Assembly (NCBI GenBank): GCA_013285945.1
Contig: JABDGP010000001.1
Span: 9,081-73,080 of the forward strand
Reading direction: 5' to 3'
DNA: 64,000 bases
From: Bacteroidota bacterium
Lineage (GTDB): Bacteria; Bacteroidota; Bacteroidia; Cytophagales; Cyclobacteriaceae
Shown here: positions 10,432 through 20,601 of the stretch, in pieces
Position numbering within the stretch: the first letter of the stretch is position 1
How the letters are laid out: each line of letters begins with the position of its first letter
Notes under the pieces: model-generated
What the model was told of the DNA's origin: nothing
Databases searched by the model: none
Seen by the model: only the letters and a program-made list of their open reading frames with translations
Position numbers and translations under genes: made by a program

Positions 10432-11769
10432 ATGTCATTCGAAAAATTAAATCTCATAGAGCCGATTATGCGTGCTCTTCAGACCGAAGGCTACACTAAG
10501 CCTACACCTATTCAAGAGCAATCCATTCCGGTTTTACTTGAAAGAAAAGATCTACTTGGCTGCGCTCAAACCGGTACAGGCAAAACAGCAGCATTCGCAA
10601 TTCCTATTTTACAATTGCTTCATCAGGACGAACTTTATAAAAAAGGCCCGCAAGGAATTAAAGCGTTGATTTTAACTCCAACACGCGAGCTTGCTATTCA
10701 AATCGGTGAAAGCTTTTCTGCCTACGGAAAGCATTTGCGTATTAAACACACCGTAATTTTTGGTGGTGTCGGACAAAAACCACAAACTGATGCGTTGCGC
10801 TCGGGTGTGGATATCGTGATTGCTACCCCAGGTCGCTTGCTCGACTTGATGAATCAACGATTTGTACATCTTCAGCACATAAAAATGTTTGTTCTTGACG
10901 AAGCCGACCGTATGCTGGACATGGGTTTTATCCATGATGTAAAAAAAATTATTGCAAAACTACCGGTAAAAAGGCAAACACTTTTCTTCTCGGCAACAAT
11001 GCCTTCCGAAATTTCAAAACTGGCCAGCACTATTTTAACCAGTCCGGTAAAAGTAGAGGTGACGCCTGTTTCATCAACGGCCAATACCATCCAACAATCA
11101 ATTTATTTTGTTGAAAAGAAGGATAAAAGAAAATTGCTACACCACCTTCTTCAAGATCGCTCCATCGAGACAGCGTTGGTTTTTACACGAACCAAGCATG
11201 GAGCAGACAAAGTTGTGAAAGATCTTTTGCAATCGGGCATTAAAGCCGAAGCGATTCATGGAAATAAATCGCAAAGCGCAAGGCAACGTGCGTTGACAAA
11301 CTTTAAGTCAAGAATTACTCGTGTATTGGTAGCTACTGATATTGCAGCACGCGGAATTGATATTGACGAACTCTCGCACGTGATCAATTATGAATTGCCC
11401 AATGTGCCCGAAACATACGTCCACCGTATAGGGAGAACCGGTCGTGCAGGAGCAATAGGCAAATCAATTTCATTTTGCGATGAAGAAGAAAAGGAATATT
11501 TGCGCGACATCCAGAAGTTAATTGGCAAGTCGCTTCCCATAGTCGAAGACCAACCTTATCATATGACTCATGTAGGTATGCCACGCCCTCAACCTGCACA
11601 ACGCCAGGCGCAGCAACGCAGGTACGGAAACAACGAAAGAAGGAATTCTAATTCACCACAGCGTAATAACTCTGGCGGTGCGAGAAAATCTAATTCCAAT
11701 CACAGCGGGGGCGCTTCAAGTGATCGTAGAAATTCGAATACCCAATGGGGTAGCGAACGAAGAGCGTGA
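10432..11769 (+). CDS. rhlE: DEAD-box RNA helicase (RhlE-like)
   Basis: [43 protein letters not shown]; low-complexity R/N/S tail. Confidence 0.9.
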   Translation: MSFEKLNLIEPIMRALQTEGYTKPTPIQEQSIPVLLERKDLLGCAQTGTGKTAAFAIPILQLLHQDELYKKGPQGIKALILTPTRELAIQIGESFSAYGKHLRIKHTVIFGGVGQKPQTDALRSGVDIVIATPGRLLDLMNQRFVHLQHIKMFVLDEADRMLDMGFIHDVKKIIAKLPVKRQTLFFSATMPSEISKLASTILTSPVKVEVTPVSSTANTIQQSIYFVEKKDKRKLLHHLLQDRSIETALVFTRTKHGADKVVKDLLQSGIKAEAIHGNKSQSARQRALTNFKSRITRVLVATDIAARGIDIDELSHVINYELPNVPETYVHRIGRTGRAGAIGKSISFCDEEEKEYLRDIQKLIGKSLPIVEDQPYHMTHVGMPRPQPAQRQAQQRRYGNNERRNSNSPQRNNSGGARKSNSNHSGGASSDRRNSNTQWGSERRA

Positions 11770-11789
11770 TTGAATAGCGAACTTGTAAA

Positions 11790-12773
11790 CTAATTTGCCG
11801 GCGGAGAATATTTGGTGACCGGATTAGCCATTGCTTTCACCGATTTCAGGTAAGCATAAATAGCGCTTAGATCTTTTCTGCTCATTTTGCTATACATCAT
11901 CCATGGCATAATTGTATTAAAGTCGCCGGCAGCAACCGTAGGAGGCGAATAGGTGGAATCAGAAAACATCTTGAACCGCTGAATAAAAGCTTCTTCAGTC
12001 CATTTGCCAATACCGGTTTCCAAATCAGGTGTGAGATTGCTCGATCGGATAATTGATTTATCCGGCATCAAAAACTCACGACCACCACCAAAAGCAAGCT
12101 CTTTGATAATTTGCCCCTTTTCGGCTTTGGTATGGCATTCACGACATGCAGTTGCATTAATCATGTAAGCACCATACGCCAACACATCCGTAGTGTCGGG
12201 ACGTTTTTGCGGACTAGCTTTTTCGGGGATTAGGTTAATTATAAAATTCATGGGAAAATCTGATTCCGAATCGGGCACCTGATTTTTGACAGGAGCGAGG
12301 GAACGGACATAAGCGATGATAGAATAAATATCTTCAGGATCCATACGGCCATAATATGTGAATGGCATCAATGGAAAAAGCGCCTTGCCTTCTTTGCTTA
12401 CACCGGTAGTAATCACACGAAAGAGCTCTCCATCAGAGTAGCGACTTATGCCTTCGGGCGTGATATTTTTTGAATAATAAATTCCGGGCATCCCCACATT
12501 CTGATCAAACCGCTCTCCGCCCATGCCAAACGTTTCTTTATTTAATGGCCCTGAGAATTTTGTCCAGTCGCGAGCAGAGTGACAATCCATGCAAACCGTG
12601 ACGTTATTGGCCAAGTACTTTCCGCGCTCAATTCGCTCCGGTGTATATTCAATCTTAAGATCGGTTGCCGCGCCAACATTGGGCAGAGCAGTTTTTACAT
12701 AAGTAAGGAGGGCAGCAACTGCAATGAGGATAAATGCCAGCACATAGCCAACAATCTTAAGAATCTTTTTCAT
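11790..12773 (-). CDS. Membrane-anchored di-heme c-type cytochrome
   Basis: N-terminal TM; two CxxCH motifs (CMDCH, CRECH), NITP/NLTP and MP axial-ligand motifs. Confidence 0.88.
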   Translation of the reverse strand: MKKILKIVGYVLAFILIAVAALLTYVKTALPNVGAATDLKIEYTPERIERGKYLANNVTVCMDCHSARDWTKFSGPLNKETFGMGGERFDQNVGMPGIYYSKNITPEGISRYSDGELFRVITTGVSKEGKALFPLMPFTYYGRMDPEDIYSIIAYVRSLAPVKNQVPDSESDFPMNFIINLIPEKASPQKRPDTTDVLAYGAYMINATACRECHTKAEKGQIIKELAFGGGREFLMPDKSIIRSSNLTPDLETGIGKWTEEAFIQRFKMFSDSTYSPPTVAAGDFNTIMPWMMYSKMSRKDLSAIYAYLKSVKAMANPVTKYSPPAN

Positions 12774-12806
12774 AGGTAGTGGTATTTAGGGTGAGTAATC
12801 CGAATT

Positions 12807-13601
12807 TTATCGAAACCATGAGGATACTTCGAAGACTTTCTTTTTGCTTTGCTTTTCATATTGCTCGTTGCGCAACGTTTCCGGCACTTTGTGGTTGATA
12901 AACCAATCGGCTTTGTAAAGCATCAGCAGCAAATAGATTACCGGAAGGGCAGAGAAAAAGAAAAGTAGCTTAGGAACTGACTTGGGGTTTCGTTTGCTAA
13001 GCAACAAGTAGATGTACGCAGCAACCAGAAACGTAAATAAGGCGATCAAGAAATAAATCTTCGGAATCGTGTCCAGCTCCGTCCTGAAACTTTTTACGCG
13101 GTCTACACCGCCTTCAATAGTCACTTCGGCATCCTTGTCACCCTCAAAGATGATTTGTCCGACAATACCATCGTCTTTTTCGAGAGCCTTAAAATTGATG
13201 ACCAAAGAATTATCCACCGTATCTTTTGATATGCGTATTCCCGAAATTTCGCGGGCTGTTTTCAAAATCTTGAAATATAAAATCTCAGCATTCTTCACTT
13301 TTATTTTTATGGGCGCATAGACATTCTCTTGTTTGATAGTCTCTTTTCCCTGATTGAAGAAATAAAAGTTGACCGAGGCCACATCGGCGTGAATGGTATC
13401 GAGATTGTGCTTGAGCAACCGCAAAGGAGCATTGGCAGCATTGGCCTGGTCAATAATAATCGTTCGAACGGGGTCCACGTAAAAGGTTGGTTCTCGCTCC
13501 TTATCGCCTACATATAAGAAGTAGTAACCAAAAACAATGGTGATGGTGATTGAAAGCGCATTACTGACTATAAGATCTATTACCCGCGTGTTGGTTGCCA
13601 T
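12807..13601 (-). CDS. Hypothetical membrane protein
   Basis: 264-aa ORF with one N-terminal TM, a beta-rich middle domain and two C-terminal TMs. Confidence 0.7.
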   Translation of the reverse strand: MATNTRVIDLIVSNALSITITIVFGYYFLYVGDKEREPTFYVDPVRTIIIDQANAANAPLRLLKHNLDTIHADVASVNFYFFNQGKETIKQENVYAPIKIKVKNAEILYFKILKTAREISGIRISKDTVDNSLVINFKALEKDDGIVGQIIFEGDKDAEVTIEGGVDRVKSFRTELDTIPKIYFLIALFTFLVAAYIYLLLSKRNPKSVPKLLFFFSALPVIYLLLMLYKADWFINHKVPETLRNEQYEKQSKKKVFEVSSWFR

Positions 13602-13767
13602 GACATTAAAATAGTGAAGATAATTTCATTTTCCATAAAGCATTTTAACTGGTTAACCACCCCTGAAGCTAATGAAGTAAATTTCGTTTGTGGAAGAAAC
13701 CTGGACTTTGACTGCCTTAAATCGCTCTTAAAGAATATTTCAGGAACATTTCAAACAAAAAGCAGTC

Positions 13768-14541
13768 TCACCACCATGCAAGAGGAAGTTTGATGTCGTT
13801 CATCGAATCCACTACCAGATCAGGCTTGTAGGCAAAGCGGCCCAGGTTTTCTTTTTTAGTAATGCCACTTAATACCAAAATTGTTTTGTAACCCATCTGC
13901 ACCCCGCCGCGAATGTCGGTGTCCATAGTATCTCCAATGATCGTGGTTTCTGCTGTCTCCAAACTCAACGCTTTGCGTGCCGAGCGCATCATCACAGGGC
14001 TGGGCTTGCCCACTACAAATGCCTTGATGCCGGTAGCTTCCTCAATCATAGCACTTGTCGCGGCAATTCCAAGATTATCCCATCCCTTTTTCTTGGGCGA
14101 TGGGTCGCGGTTGGTAATCACAAATTTGGCTCCTGCCAAAATCATATCAACAGCGCGTTGCACCATTTCTAAAGTGAAATTTCTTCCTTCACCTAATACC
14201 ACAAAATCAGGGTCGGTGTTTACAAGCGAGATACCGTTTTCGTGCAAACTGGATAACAAGCCACCTTCACCCAACACATAAGCTGTGCCGTTGGGAATTT
14301 GACTTGCCAGAAACTTACCTGTAGCCATTGCGCTGGTGTACACATGGGTTTCGGATACTTTAACTCCCAGCCTGTCCAGCTTGCGCACTACATCAATGCG
14401 CGTGCGCTGGCTGTTGTTGGTCATAAACATGAAGGGAATGTTGTCTTTGAGTAACCGATGTATGAAATGATCGGCACCAGGGATTAAATTATCGCCTGCA
14501 TACACAACTCCGTCCATATCTATGAGTAAACCTTGCGCCAT
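13768..14541 (-). CDS. HAD-IIA hydrolase (NagD-like)
   Basis: DMDGV, TNNS, GKPS, GDTMDTDI motifs. Confidence 0.9.
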   Translation of the reverse strand: MAQGLLIDMDGVVYAGDNLIPGADHFIHRLLKDNIPFMFMTNNSQRTRIDVVRKLDRLGVKVSETHVYTSAMATGKFLASQIPNGTAYVLGEGGLLSSLHENGISLVNTDPDFVVLGEGRNFTLEMVQRAVDMILAGAKFVITNRDPSPKKKGWDNLGIAATSAMIEEATGIKAFVVGKPSPVMMRSARKALSLETAETTIIGDTMDTDIRGGVQMGYKTILVLSGITKKENLGRFAYKPDLVVDSMNDIKLPLAWW

Positions 14542-14684
14542 GAGTATAAAATTATGCCTTGAAGTTAAATGTTTTATTAAACAACTGATAAAAAATAGTG
14601 AATCTTGAAATGCAACCGAGTGAAAGAGTATCAGCTAGAAAAACTCTATGCAATTTTTGATAATAAGTTCTAAAAGAGAACCTG

Positions 14685-14712
14685 ATTCACCTATGCCAAT
14701 CCGGCATTCACC
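14685..14712 (+). promoter_or_regulatory. Candidate LytTR-binding direct repeat
   Basis: ATTCACC at 14685-14691 and 14706-14712 (21-bp period) upstream of the LiaF-LytS-LytTR operon. Confidence 0.55.
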
Positions 14713-14798
14713 GACAAGAAGCCTTCTCCAGCCTATCAGCCATAGCCCGTCTGCATTTTTGTGCGTTGATTTGGGTATAAATTCAAAAAATAAAAGAC

Positions 14799-15518
14799 AT
14801 GGACACGCAAGACAAGGACAAAGACAGATTTATCGAACCACGCTCAGGCCGTGCTTTTGCCGGGTTGATTTTGGTAGTAGTTGGTGCAGCTTTACTGAGC
14901 CGTCAAATGGGAGTCGATATTCCCGATTGGGCGCTTACCTGGGAAACACTAATTATTGTTATCGGGCTTTTCTTTGGTGCTCGCAGAATGTTCCGGCCTG
15001 GTACGTGGATGATCATGGTGGCTGTAGGTGCTGCTTTTGTGATTGATCATTATACTGACATCAGTATTCATGAATACATCTGGCCATTGGCAATCATATT
15101 TTTCGGCTTGTTGATGATCTTACGACCACGAAGAAGGAGAAAACGTGATTGGAAGAGTTGGTCGATCGAATCGGATTCTACCGATGATACATTCGAAATT
15201 AATTCTGTGTTTGGAGGATCGAAGAAGAAAGTCATGTCAAAGGATTTTCAAGGTGGCGAAATCAACACTGTATTTGGTGGCAATGACATAGACTTCTCAC
15301 AAGCAGATTTTAACAGCAAAGCGACCATAGAAGTAAATATTGTGTTTGGCGGAACCAAATTGATTGTGCCTGCACATTGGAAGATACAGTCGAATGTGGA
15401 CTGTGTATTCGGAACGGTGGAAGATAAAAGACGTGATGTTGGAGAGACTGGAGAAAACAAAACGCTGGTATTGAAAGGTGCTGTCGTGTTTGGATCAATC
15501 GAGATCAAAAGCTATTAA
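14799..15518 (+). CDS. LiaF-like membrane protein (cell-wall-active antibiotic response family)
   Basis: Four N-terminal TMs ending WPLAIIxxGL; C-terminal repeated VFGG beta motifs. Confidence 0.82.
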   Translation: MDTQDKDKDRFIEPRSGRAFAGLILVVVGAALLSRQMGVDIPDWALTWETLIIVIGLFFGARRMFRPGTWMIMVAVGAAFVIDHYTDISIHEYIWPLAIIFFGLLMILRPRRRRKRDWKSWSIESDSTDDTFEINSVFGGSKKKVMSKDFQGGEINTVFGGNDIDFSQADFNSKATIEVNIVFGGTKLIVPAHWKIQSNVDCVFGTVEDKRRDVGETGENKTLVLKGAVVFGSIEIKSY

Positions 15519-15558
15519 GTTTCGAAGTCATTATTTATAACTTTTAAATGCAATCCAT

Positions 15559-15903
15559 ATGAGCTGGTATATCGCAAAAATAGTTTTTCAGATCAAAGGC
15601 AAAGGAATGCAACGCCCGCAGTTTGATGAGCACCTGCGGTTGATTGAAGCTGATAATTTTGAAGAAGCATTTCTCAATGCCCGTATTCTCGGAATAAGTT
15701 CGGAAGACTCAGTGATCAATCAGAAACACGGACCGGTGACTTGGGAGTTTGTAAATGTTGCCGATCTTCAGCCAGTGAAAGAATGGAAAAACGGCATGGA
15801 ACTTCATTCGCAGGTACGTGAAATGGATGAAGCAAACCATTATATCAATTATATTCATAACCAGGCGGCTTGCATGCAATTGAATGATCGCCCTCTATTT
15901 TAA
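15559..15903 (+). CDS. DUF4288-like small protein
   Basis: WYxAK start, LxLIEAxxxEEA..A and VTWEFV motif recalled from DUF4288. Confidence 0.65.
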   Translation: MSWYIAKIVFQIKGKGMQRPQFDEHLRLIEADNFEEAFLNARILGISSEDSVINQKHGPVTWEFVNVADLQPVKEWKNGMELHSQVREMDEANHYINYIHNQAACMQLNDRPLF

Positions 15904-15906
15904 ATT

Positions 15907-16950
15907 GTGGCAGCTAAACAGAAATTCTTAATCGGAGTAGCGCTTGGGGGCTGGTGGCTTTTATGGGCATCGGTCCAATTTTTTGTAATGCTAAACTATG
16001 GGCTTGCTATGCGCGAATCGGCGATCGATTCAATAGCAACAGCAATTGTACTGGCTCTGGCAGGATATGTGATGGTGACGATGGTTAAGTATTATCGTCT
16101 ATCTCCAAAAAATATTCTTTATGTTATTGGCGCAAGCCTGGCCTTGGCTGCATTGTGTGGAGGCACTCTACACGAATTGATGAAGCACTTGGCTGATGAC
16201 GAAAATTATTTAAAAAGCCTTAACATCATATTGCCTCTGCGTCTTGTTCTGATCTGGCTCACCGTTCTCACTGGTGCACTGCAGGGCTGGCTTTGGTTTC
16301 ATGTGAAAGAACAACGGCAGCAGGAGTTGCATACTAAAGAAGCCGAGCAACTGCTTCGCGAGGCAGAACTAGCAAGCCTTCGCCAGCAGTTGCAACCTCA
16401 TTTTTTGTTTAATAGTTTGAATTCAATAAGCTCGCTCACGATGGTTCAACCGGAACTGGCGCGTAAAATGATTGAACAGCTTTCTGATTTTTTGCGTGGC
16501 ACTGTCAAGAAAGACGGGAACCAGTTGGTGACGCTGCAGGACGAGCTTCATCACCTTGGACTTTACCTTGATATCGAAAAAGTTCGATTTGGTCATAGGC
16601 TCATAACTTTGATCAATGCTGAAGCAAACACCGGCTTAATGAAATTGCCTTCCCTACTTTTGCAACCGCTGGTAGAGAACGCGATCAAATTTGGATTATA
16701 TGATACGATTGGTGAAGTCACGATAAGGATAGAAGCAAAATCGGATAACGGTATGTTGCTCATTCAGATAACAAATCCGTTTGACCCGGCAACGGCAAGC
16801 CCCAAATCAGGAACCGGGTTTGGTTTGCAATCGGTGAGACGCAGATTAGCTTTACTTTTTTACAGACATGATTTGCTGTCTATTAATAAGAATGAAAATA
16901 TTTTTACCACGACGATAAAAATTCCGCAAGGCGAAGATCGTACTCCATAA
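15907..16950 (+). CDS. LytS/YehU-family sensor histidine kinase
   Basis: Four TMs; QLQPHFLFNSLN H-box, LQPLVENAIK N-box, GTGFGL G-box; GTG start. Confidence 0.92.
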   Translation: MAAKQKFLIGVALGGWWLLWASVQFFVMLNYGLAMRESAIDSIATAIVLALAGYVMVTMVKYYRLSPKNILYVIGASLALAALCGGTLHELMKHLADDENYLKSLNIILPLRLVLIWLTVLTGALQGWLWFHVKEQRQQELHTKEAEQLLREAELASLRQQLQPHFLFNSLNSISSLTMVQPELARKMIEQLSDFLRGTVKKDGNQLVTLQDELHHLGLYLDIEKVRFGHRLITLINAEANTGLMKLPSLLLQPLVENAIKFGLYDTIGEVTIRIEAKSDNGMLLIQITNPFDPATASPKSGTGFGLQSVRRRLALLFYRHDLLSINKNENIFTTTIKIPQGEDRTP

Positions 16951-16963
16951 ATTGTGTATTGAA

Positions 16964-17686
16964 ATGAAAGTAATAATCATAGATGATGAGCCGTTGGCTC
17001 GGGGAATTGTAAAAGAATATTTGAAGAGTTACTCTCAAGTGCAAATAATGGCCGAGTGTGGTGATGGCTTTGACGGCGTTAAAGCAATTGCACAACACCA
17101 GCCCGATTTGATTTTTCTGGATATTCAAATGCCAAAGATCAATGGCTTTGAAATGCTAGAGCTGATTGATAATCCGCCCACTGTAATTTTTACAACGGCA
17201 TTTGACGAATATGCGATGAAAGCTTTTGAAGCACACGCTATTGACTATCTGTTAAAACCATTTGGCAAGGAACGTTTTGACAAAGCAATGAGTAAGCGAC
17301 TGTGGCAAAAGAATGATATACCTTCAGCGTTGATTGATGACGTAAGCTCACCCGAAAGCAGCAACCGTGTGGTCGTAAAAAAAGGTCAGAACATTGTAGT
17401 ATTGCCTGTGCAGCGCATATTTTATATAGAAGCTTTTGATGACTATGTAAAGATCCACACGGCTGAGGGTTTCTATTTGAAGAAGAAAACCATGAGCTAC
17501 TTTGAAAAGACATTGGATCCGTCTCAGTTTGTGAGAGTGCACCGATCCTTTCTTTTGAATTTGCAAGAACTTACGCGCATCGAACCAATGGAAAAAGACA
17601 ATCACGTGGTCTTGCTAAAAAACGGAATGCGCATACCGCTGAGCCAATCGGGTTATGCTAAACTAAAAGGCGTTTTAGGAATTTAA
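16964..17686 (+). CDS. LytTR-family response regulator
   Basis: IDDE, FLDIQMP, FTTAF, DYLLKP receiver; FVRVHRSF LytTR domain. Confidence 0.95.
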   Translation: MKVIIIDDEPLARGIVKEYLKSYSQVQIMAECGDGFDGVKAIAQHQPDLIFLDIQMPKINGFEMLELIDNPPTVIFTTAFDEYAMKAFEAHAIDYLLKPFGKERFDKAMSKRLWQKNDIPSALIDDVSSPESSNRVVVKKGQNIVVLPVQRIFYIEAFDDYVKIHTAEGFYLKKKTMSYFEKTLDPSQFVRVHRSFLLNLQELTRIEPMEKDNHVVLLKNGMRIPLSQSGYAKLKGVLGI

Positions 17687-18580
17687 GCCTGCTATTTGCC
17701 GCGAGATCAGCGCAAGCCCTTCTGTAAAAGTATGTGGCTTATACTCCAATTCTTTTTTAGCTTTTTCGATAATAAATCCCGTCTTAGGCGGGCGTTTTGC
17801 TGGCTGAGTGAATTGGGTTGAATCGGTCTGATGAATTAATGACTTATCCAGTTTGAAGAAATCAGCGGTTGCAATAGCGATGTCATAAGGGGTCATCATT
17901 TCTTCCCCCGACACATTGAATATTCCTTTGACTTTTTTAGTTGCCGCTAAGTAACAGCCCATGGCTAGATCTTCGGCAAGCGTTGGGGTGCGCCATTGAT
18001 CATTCACAACATTAATTTTCTTTCCATCTTCCAAACTCTTCTTTACCCACAATACAATATTCGACCGACTCATGTCAGGCGTGACTCCATAAACCAAAAC
18101 TGTTCGTAGGATTGCCCAGTCGATGTTGCTTTTTTGAATCAATGTTTCGGCTGCCAATTTGCTCTCCCCATAATAGCTAAGGGGATTTGGTTTTTCATTT
18201 TCATCCAGCGGGCCATGCGAGCCATCAAAAACAAAATCGGTAGATAGATGAATCAAGTGAGAGTTATTCTTTTTAGAAGCTCCAACCAAATAGTCAACAG
18301 CAGTAACATTAGCCAGCCAGCATTTTTCACGTTCAGTTTCGCATTGATCAACCTGAGTCATGGCGGCTGTATTGATGATTACTTCAGGTTTTGTTTTTGA
18401 GATTAACTCATCCACCTCATGTTGCTGAGTGATGTCAAGCCTGTTGAACTCAAGCATAGGCTGACTATGAGTAAGCTCAGATTTGGCCGTAGCAATCAGA
18501 TGAATACCTTTTGCTGCAGCCAGGAGTTCCACTAATTTTTGGCCAAGCAACCCTTTACATCCTGTAACAAGTATTTTCAT
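17675..18580 (-). CDS. RmlD/RfbD-like SDR (dTDP-4-dehydrorhamnose reductase family)
   Basis: GCKGLLG, STDFVFDG, YGESK, DQWRTPT, AKRP. Confidence 0.85.
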   Translation of the reverse strand: MKILVTGCKGLLGQKLVELLAAAKGIHLIATAKSELTHSQPMLEFNRLDITQQHEVDELISKTKPEVIINTAAMTQVDQCETEREKCWLANVTAVDYLVGASKKNNSHLIHLSTDFVFDGSHGPLDENEKPNPLSYYGESKLAAETLIQKSNIDWAILRTVLVYGVTPDMSRSNIVLWVKKSLEDGKKINVVNDQWRTPTLAEDLAMGCYLAATKKVKGIFNVSGEEMMTPYDIAIATADFFKLDKSLIHQTDSTQFTQPAKRPPKTGFIIEKAKKELEYKPHTFTEGLALISRQIAGLNS

Positions 18581-19446
18581 TTTTTTACTTGGAGATATTT
18601 ATACCCATATATCTTGGTAATTTTCTTCTTGGATAACTCTTGCACTGTCACCATCATCCGCACGTCATCCACCGGCCTATCCGACCCGTCTGTTTTTACT
18701 GCTGCAATTTTGTCGAGTACGTCAAGGCCCTTGATCAATTGACCGAACACTGTGTATTCATTGTCGAGAAAGGGCGTTCCTCCTACGGTAGTGTAGGCTT
18801 GCAATTTCTCTGGTGAAATATCTTTTGTCACCTTCATGCCTGTTTCCTTCTCTACCTGCGGAGCCAGGCTGAAAACCTTTTTCTTGAAGGCATCCATGTT
18901 GCCCGAAGAATATAACTTGCCCAGAGAGTCATAAGCAGAGCGGTGTTCCGGCTTAGAAATATATTGCTGTAAACCCTGATTTAATTTAGCCTGATCATAC
19001 TTTAATTCATTCTCATCAAGAATGACGGTGCCTTGTACTATGTAAAATTGACTTCCGCTCGATTCTTTTTTTGGGTTTTGCTGATCGGTCAATCGTGCGG
19101 CTGAGAGAACACCTTTCTTGTGGAATAACTTCGGATTGAATTCTGCTTGGATTGTGTAGCCAGGACCTCCGTTGCCAAGACTTTCGCGGGTCTTTCCCTT
19201 TTTTGAATTAGGGTCACCACCCTGAATCATAAATGAAGCTATAACTCTATGAAACAGCAAACTATCAAAGTAGTGTGCCTTAGCTAGTTTAATAAAATTT
19301 TGTTTGTGCTTCGGGGTTTCATCATATAAAATCGCCACCATGTCTCCTTCACTGGTCTTGATCGTTACGACAAAATCTTTTTTCTGCGCAGGACTTTCAA
19401 TGATTAAAGCAATCCACATCAAAGAGAAAACAAAATAATTCTTCAT
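18577..19446 (-). CDS. Cyclophilin-type peptidyl-prolyl isomerase (exported)
   Basis: Signal peptide; FHRVI, MIQGGDP, SSGSQFYI, YTVFG. Confidence 0.92.
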   Translation of the reverse strand: MKNYFVFSLMWIALIIESPAQKKDFVVTIKTSEGDMVAILYDETPKHKQNFIKLAKAHYFDSLLFHRVIASFMIQGGDPNSKKGKTRESLGNGGPGYTIQAEFNPKLFHKKGVLSAARLTDQQNPKKESSGSQFYIVQGTVILDENELKYDQAKLNQGLQQYISKPEHRSAYDSLGKLYSSGNMDAFKKKVFSLAPQVEKETGMKVTKDISPEKLQAYTTVGGTPFLDNEYTVFGQLIKGLDVLDKIAAVKTDGSDRPVDDVRMMVTVQELSKKKITKIYGYKYLQVKK

Positions 19447-19476
19447 GAAAGTAAATGAGATGGCAAAAATAAAAAT

Positions 19477-20601
19477 TTAAGGATTGATTGCTTTAGCAAG
19501 TTGAAGAGACAGGTCCATGAAAATCATTTTGGCACTGCCATTTCGCTCCAGATGGTAAGTTGCTTCATTGATCAGTTGGTTGGCAACTTCAATTTTAGGA
19601 ACATTAATAATTTTACTGAAATCCTTTACGAATTTCTCTTCAGCTCCTTTTATACGACTAATGGAAGTCGCACCGGAAATTTGCAACAGCGTTTCGCGCA
19701 TCATCCCCTGACCATAGTGCAATAGATTTCGTTGTGCCAGCTTATCGAGCTCATGAAATTCATCAGCAAGGCCAATGAGTTTCACATAATCCTTTTTGAA
19801 ACAGGTCCGCATCCAATCAATGAATCTGGTTTGATGGTGATCTTCTTCGGTGTTGGTAAGCTGAATTGCAAAGCTCAAATCACCCTCTGCCAATTGCGTG
19901 ATTTCATGGCATTGATCTTCATTCAACGAGTAATTTTTTTGAAGGAATTCTTCAATAGCCTCGTCGGCCAACAAAGGCACATGTACAATTTGAGTACGCG
20001 ACAAAATGGTGGGCATTAATTGTTCAGCGCCATTAGTCACCAAAAGAAAAAAAGTGTGTGGCGGCGGCTCTTCGAGAATTTTTAGAATGCCATTGGCGGC
20101 GGAAGAGTGCATAAACTCAGGCAGCCAAATGATCATTACTTTATTAGAACTCTCAAAAGGTTTAAGTGAAAGATTGCGTACAATTTCGCGGCTTTCTTCG
20201 CGAGCAATAAGGGCTTGCTTGTCTTCGCCACCATAAAATGCAATCCATTGTGCCAGACTTCCAAATGGCTGCTCCAAAAGAAAGCTTCGCCACGTTTTCA
20301 GGATTTCTGAACGGAAACGCTCTTCGTCTTTGTCGCCTTTAATATTACCGAGTGGAAAAACAAAATGAGTATCAGGGTGAATGTACTTGAAACTTTTGCT
20401 GCAAGCGGCACAAGTACCACATGAGTCACTACCTGTTTTATTCTGGCAATGGAGATATTGAGCGAAAGCCAATGCCAGCGGAAGATTGAGCGAGCCTGGC
20501 TTGCCAGAGAATAGCAGTGCGTGTGCAATGTGATTCGATTGCACGGAACCAGTGAGTTTGGTTTTTATTTCTTCGAGACCAGGAATGGAAGAGAAATTCA
20601 T
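19477..20601 (-). CDS. holB: DNA polymerase III delta' subunit
   Basis: HALLF, Zn motif C..CGTCAAC, HPD, AANGILKILEEPP, TILSR. Confidence 0.9.
   Translation of the reverse strand: MNFSSIPGLEEIKTKLTGSVQSNHIAHALLFSGKPGSLNLPLALAFAQYLHCQNKTGSDSCGTCAACSKSFKYIHPDTHFVFPLGNIKGDKDEERFRSEILKTWRSFLLEQPFGSLAQWIAFYGGEDKQALIAREESREIVRNLSLKPFESSNKVMIIWLPEFMHSSAANGILKILEEPPPHTFFLLVTNGAEQLMPTILSRTQIVHVPLLADEAIEEFLQKNYSLNEDQCHEITQLAEGDLSFAIQLTNTEEDHHQTRFIDWMRTCFKKDYVKLIGLADEFHELDKLAQRNLLHYGQGMMRETLLQISGATSISRIKGAEEKFVKDFSKIINVPKIEVANQLINEATYHLERNGSAKMIFMDLSLQLAKAINP

Noticed and set aside
10242-10499. 85-aa ORF between tilS and rhlE
   Set aside because: Overlaps rhlE out of frame and spans its promoter; no protein-like features.
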